Assembly: GCA_963728565.1 (NCBI GenBank)
Contig: CAVSLC010000001.1
Span: forward strand, 1-64,000
DNA length: 64,000 nucleotides
Reading direction: 5' to 3'
Source: an uncultured delta proteobacterium
GTDB taxonomy: Bacteria; Desulfobacterota; Binatia; UBA9968
Every line of letters starts with the position of its first letter. The first letter of the stretch is position 1. A program made the position numbers and the translations under genes. The notes beneath the pieces were generated by a model. It did no database searches, was not told the origin of the DNA, and worked only from the letters and a program-made list of their open reading frames with translations. Shown here piece by piece: positions 63,334 to 64,000 of the stretch.

Positions 63334-63756
63334 TTAGCGTAGTTCTAGAGCCATCACCAGCGCATCTTCGCCATTGTCAGAATAATAGCCTTTCCGCAGG
63401 CCTCGTATGACAAATCCGAAGCTACGATAAAGATTTTGTGCTGGAGCATTAGAGAACCGAACGTCAAGGGTTACTCGAAGCCGTTCTTGGCGCCGGGCCG
63501 CATCGACCACCTGCTCAAGTAGAAGCCGCCCGATCCCTTGCCGGCGAAAATCGGGATGCACGGCGATGTTATGGATATCTACTTCTTCAGGCAGGAACCA
63601 GAACAGAACATAACCAACAATGCGGCCTTCCACTTCGGCCAGAATGGAACGGGCGCAGTCCACCTGTAGTTCATCTAGAAAAAAGCGGGTGCTCCAGGGA
63701 AATTGAAACGATGCCCTCTCTATGGCAATGACATTTTCTATATCTGCGGCGGTCAT
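63334..63756 (-). CDS. rimI: Ribosomal protein S18 alanine N-acetyltransferase
   Basis: IERASF..PW; NIAVHP..RRQGIG; V..SN..A..LY; RKGYY..NGEDA. Confidence 0.9.
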   Translation of the reverse strand: MTAADIENVIAIERASFQFPWSTRFFLDELQVDCARSILAEVEGRIVGYVLFWFLPEEVDIHNIAVHPDFRRQGIGRLLLEQVVDAARRQERLRVTLDVRFSNAPAQNLYRSFGFVIRGLRKGYYSDNGEDALVMALELR

Positions 63757-64000
63757 TGAACGAACCGAAGCGACCTTGCTCGACGCAAAAAAGCCACAGG
63801 ATACTTCACTATCCTGTGGCTCAGGCCCGTTAAGAGAAGTAGTTTGGGCAGACTTATCTTTACTGATAGGTGGCTCCCAAAGGAGTGCTTCGATCTTTTA
63901 ACAGAAGGACTTCAAGCAGCTTATTTTCGAACTTATGCGCAAATCCAACAATTCGATCCTGCAGTGGAATTACGGTGGTAAATTCCGGCGGAAACGCGCC

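Noticed and set aside
1-64000. CRISPR array, tRNA, rRNA or prophage
   Set aside because: No regularly spaced direct repeats, cloverleaf or rRNA signatures, or phage genes were recognised by eye.

Overview
GC-rich bacterial chromosomal window. Gene content (many SsuA/THI5-type binding proteins, carD-ispD, mutM-rsmA-tsaD, DUF1844-degP) looks like a 'Deltaproteobacteria'-grade organism such as Binatia; this is inference only. Many single-base frameshifts, some in conserved genes, point to long-read consensus errors. Five blocks: (1) 1-11.3 kb, an IS-rich accessory zone with IS3, an IS1182 remnant, IS110, a head-to-tail IS630 dimer and two broken GT-C-like membrane glycosyltransferase genes. (2) 11.3-24.0 kb, the most unusual locus: one minus-strand cluster with FIVE paralogous heme-oxygenase-fold diiron proteins (CADD/PqqC/TenA-like; E-x10-H...E...H-x3-D-x2-H) interleaved with FIVE solute-binding proteins, plus a VOC protein, a dienelactone hydrolase and a lone molybdenum hydroxylase large subunit, with no permease or ATPase. 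(3) 24-31.5 kb, an Ldh_2 dehydrogenase with a displaced copy of its own 3' end, toxin-antitoxin genes, a ThiF/E1 remnant and an MFS transporter. (4) 31.7-46.2 kb, an oxalate-to-formate-to-CO2 module (FadR regulator, Oxc-like ThDP enzyme, frc, NDP-forming acyl-CoA ligase, NAD-linked formate dehydrogenase, TctABC transporter). (5) 46-64 kb, mostly housekeeping genes, including an LpoP-like lipoprotein beside PBP1B and a candidate structured leader RNA before DUF1844-degP. No rRNA, tRNA or CRISPR array was recognised.
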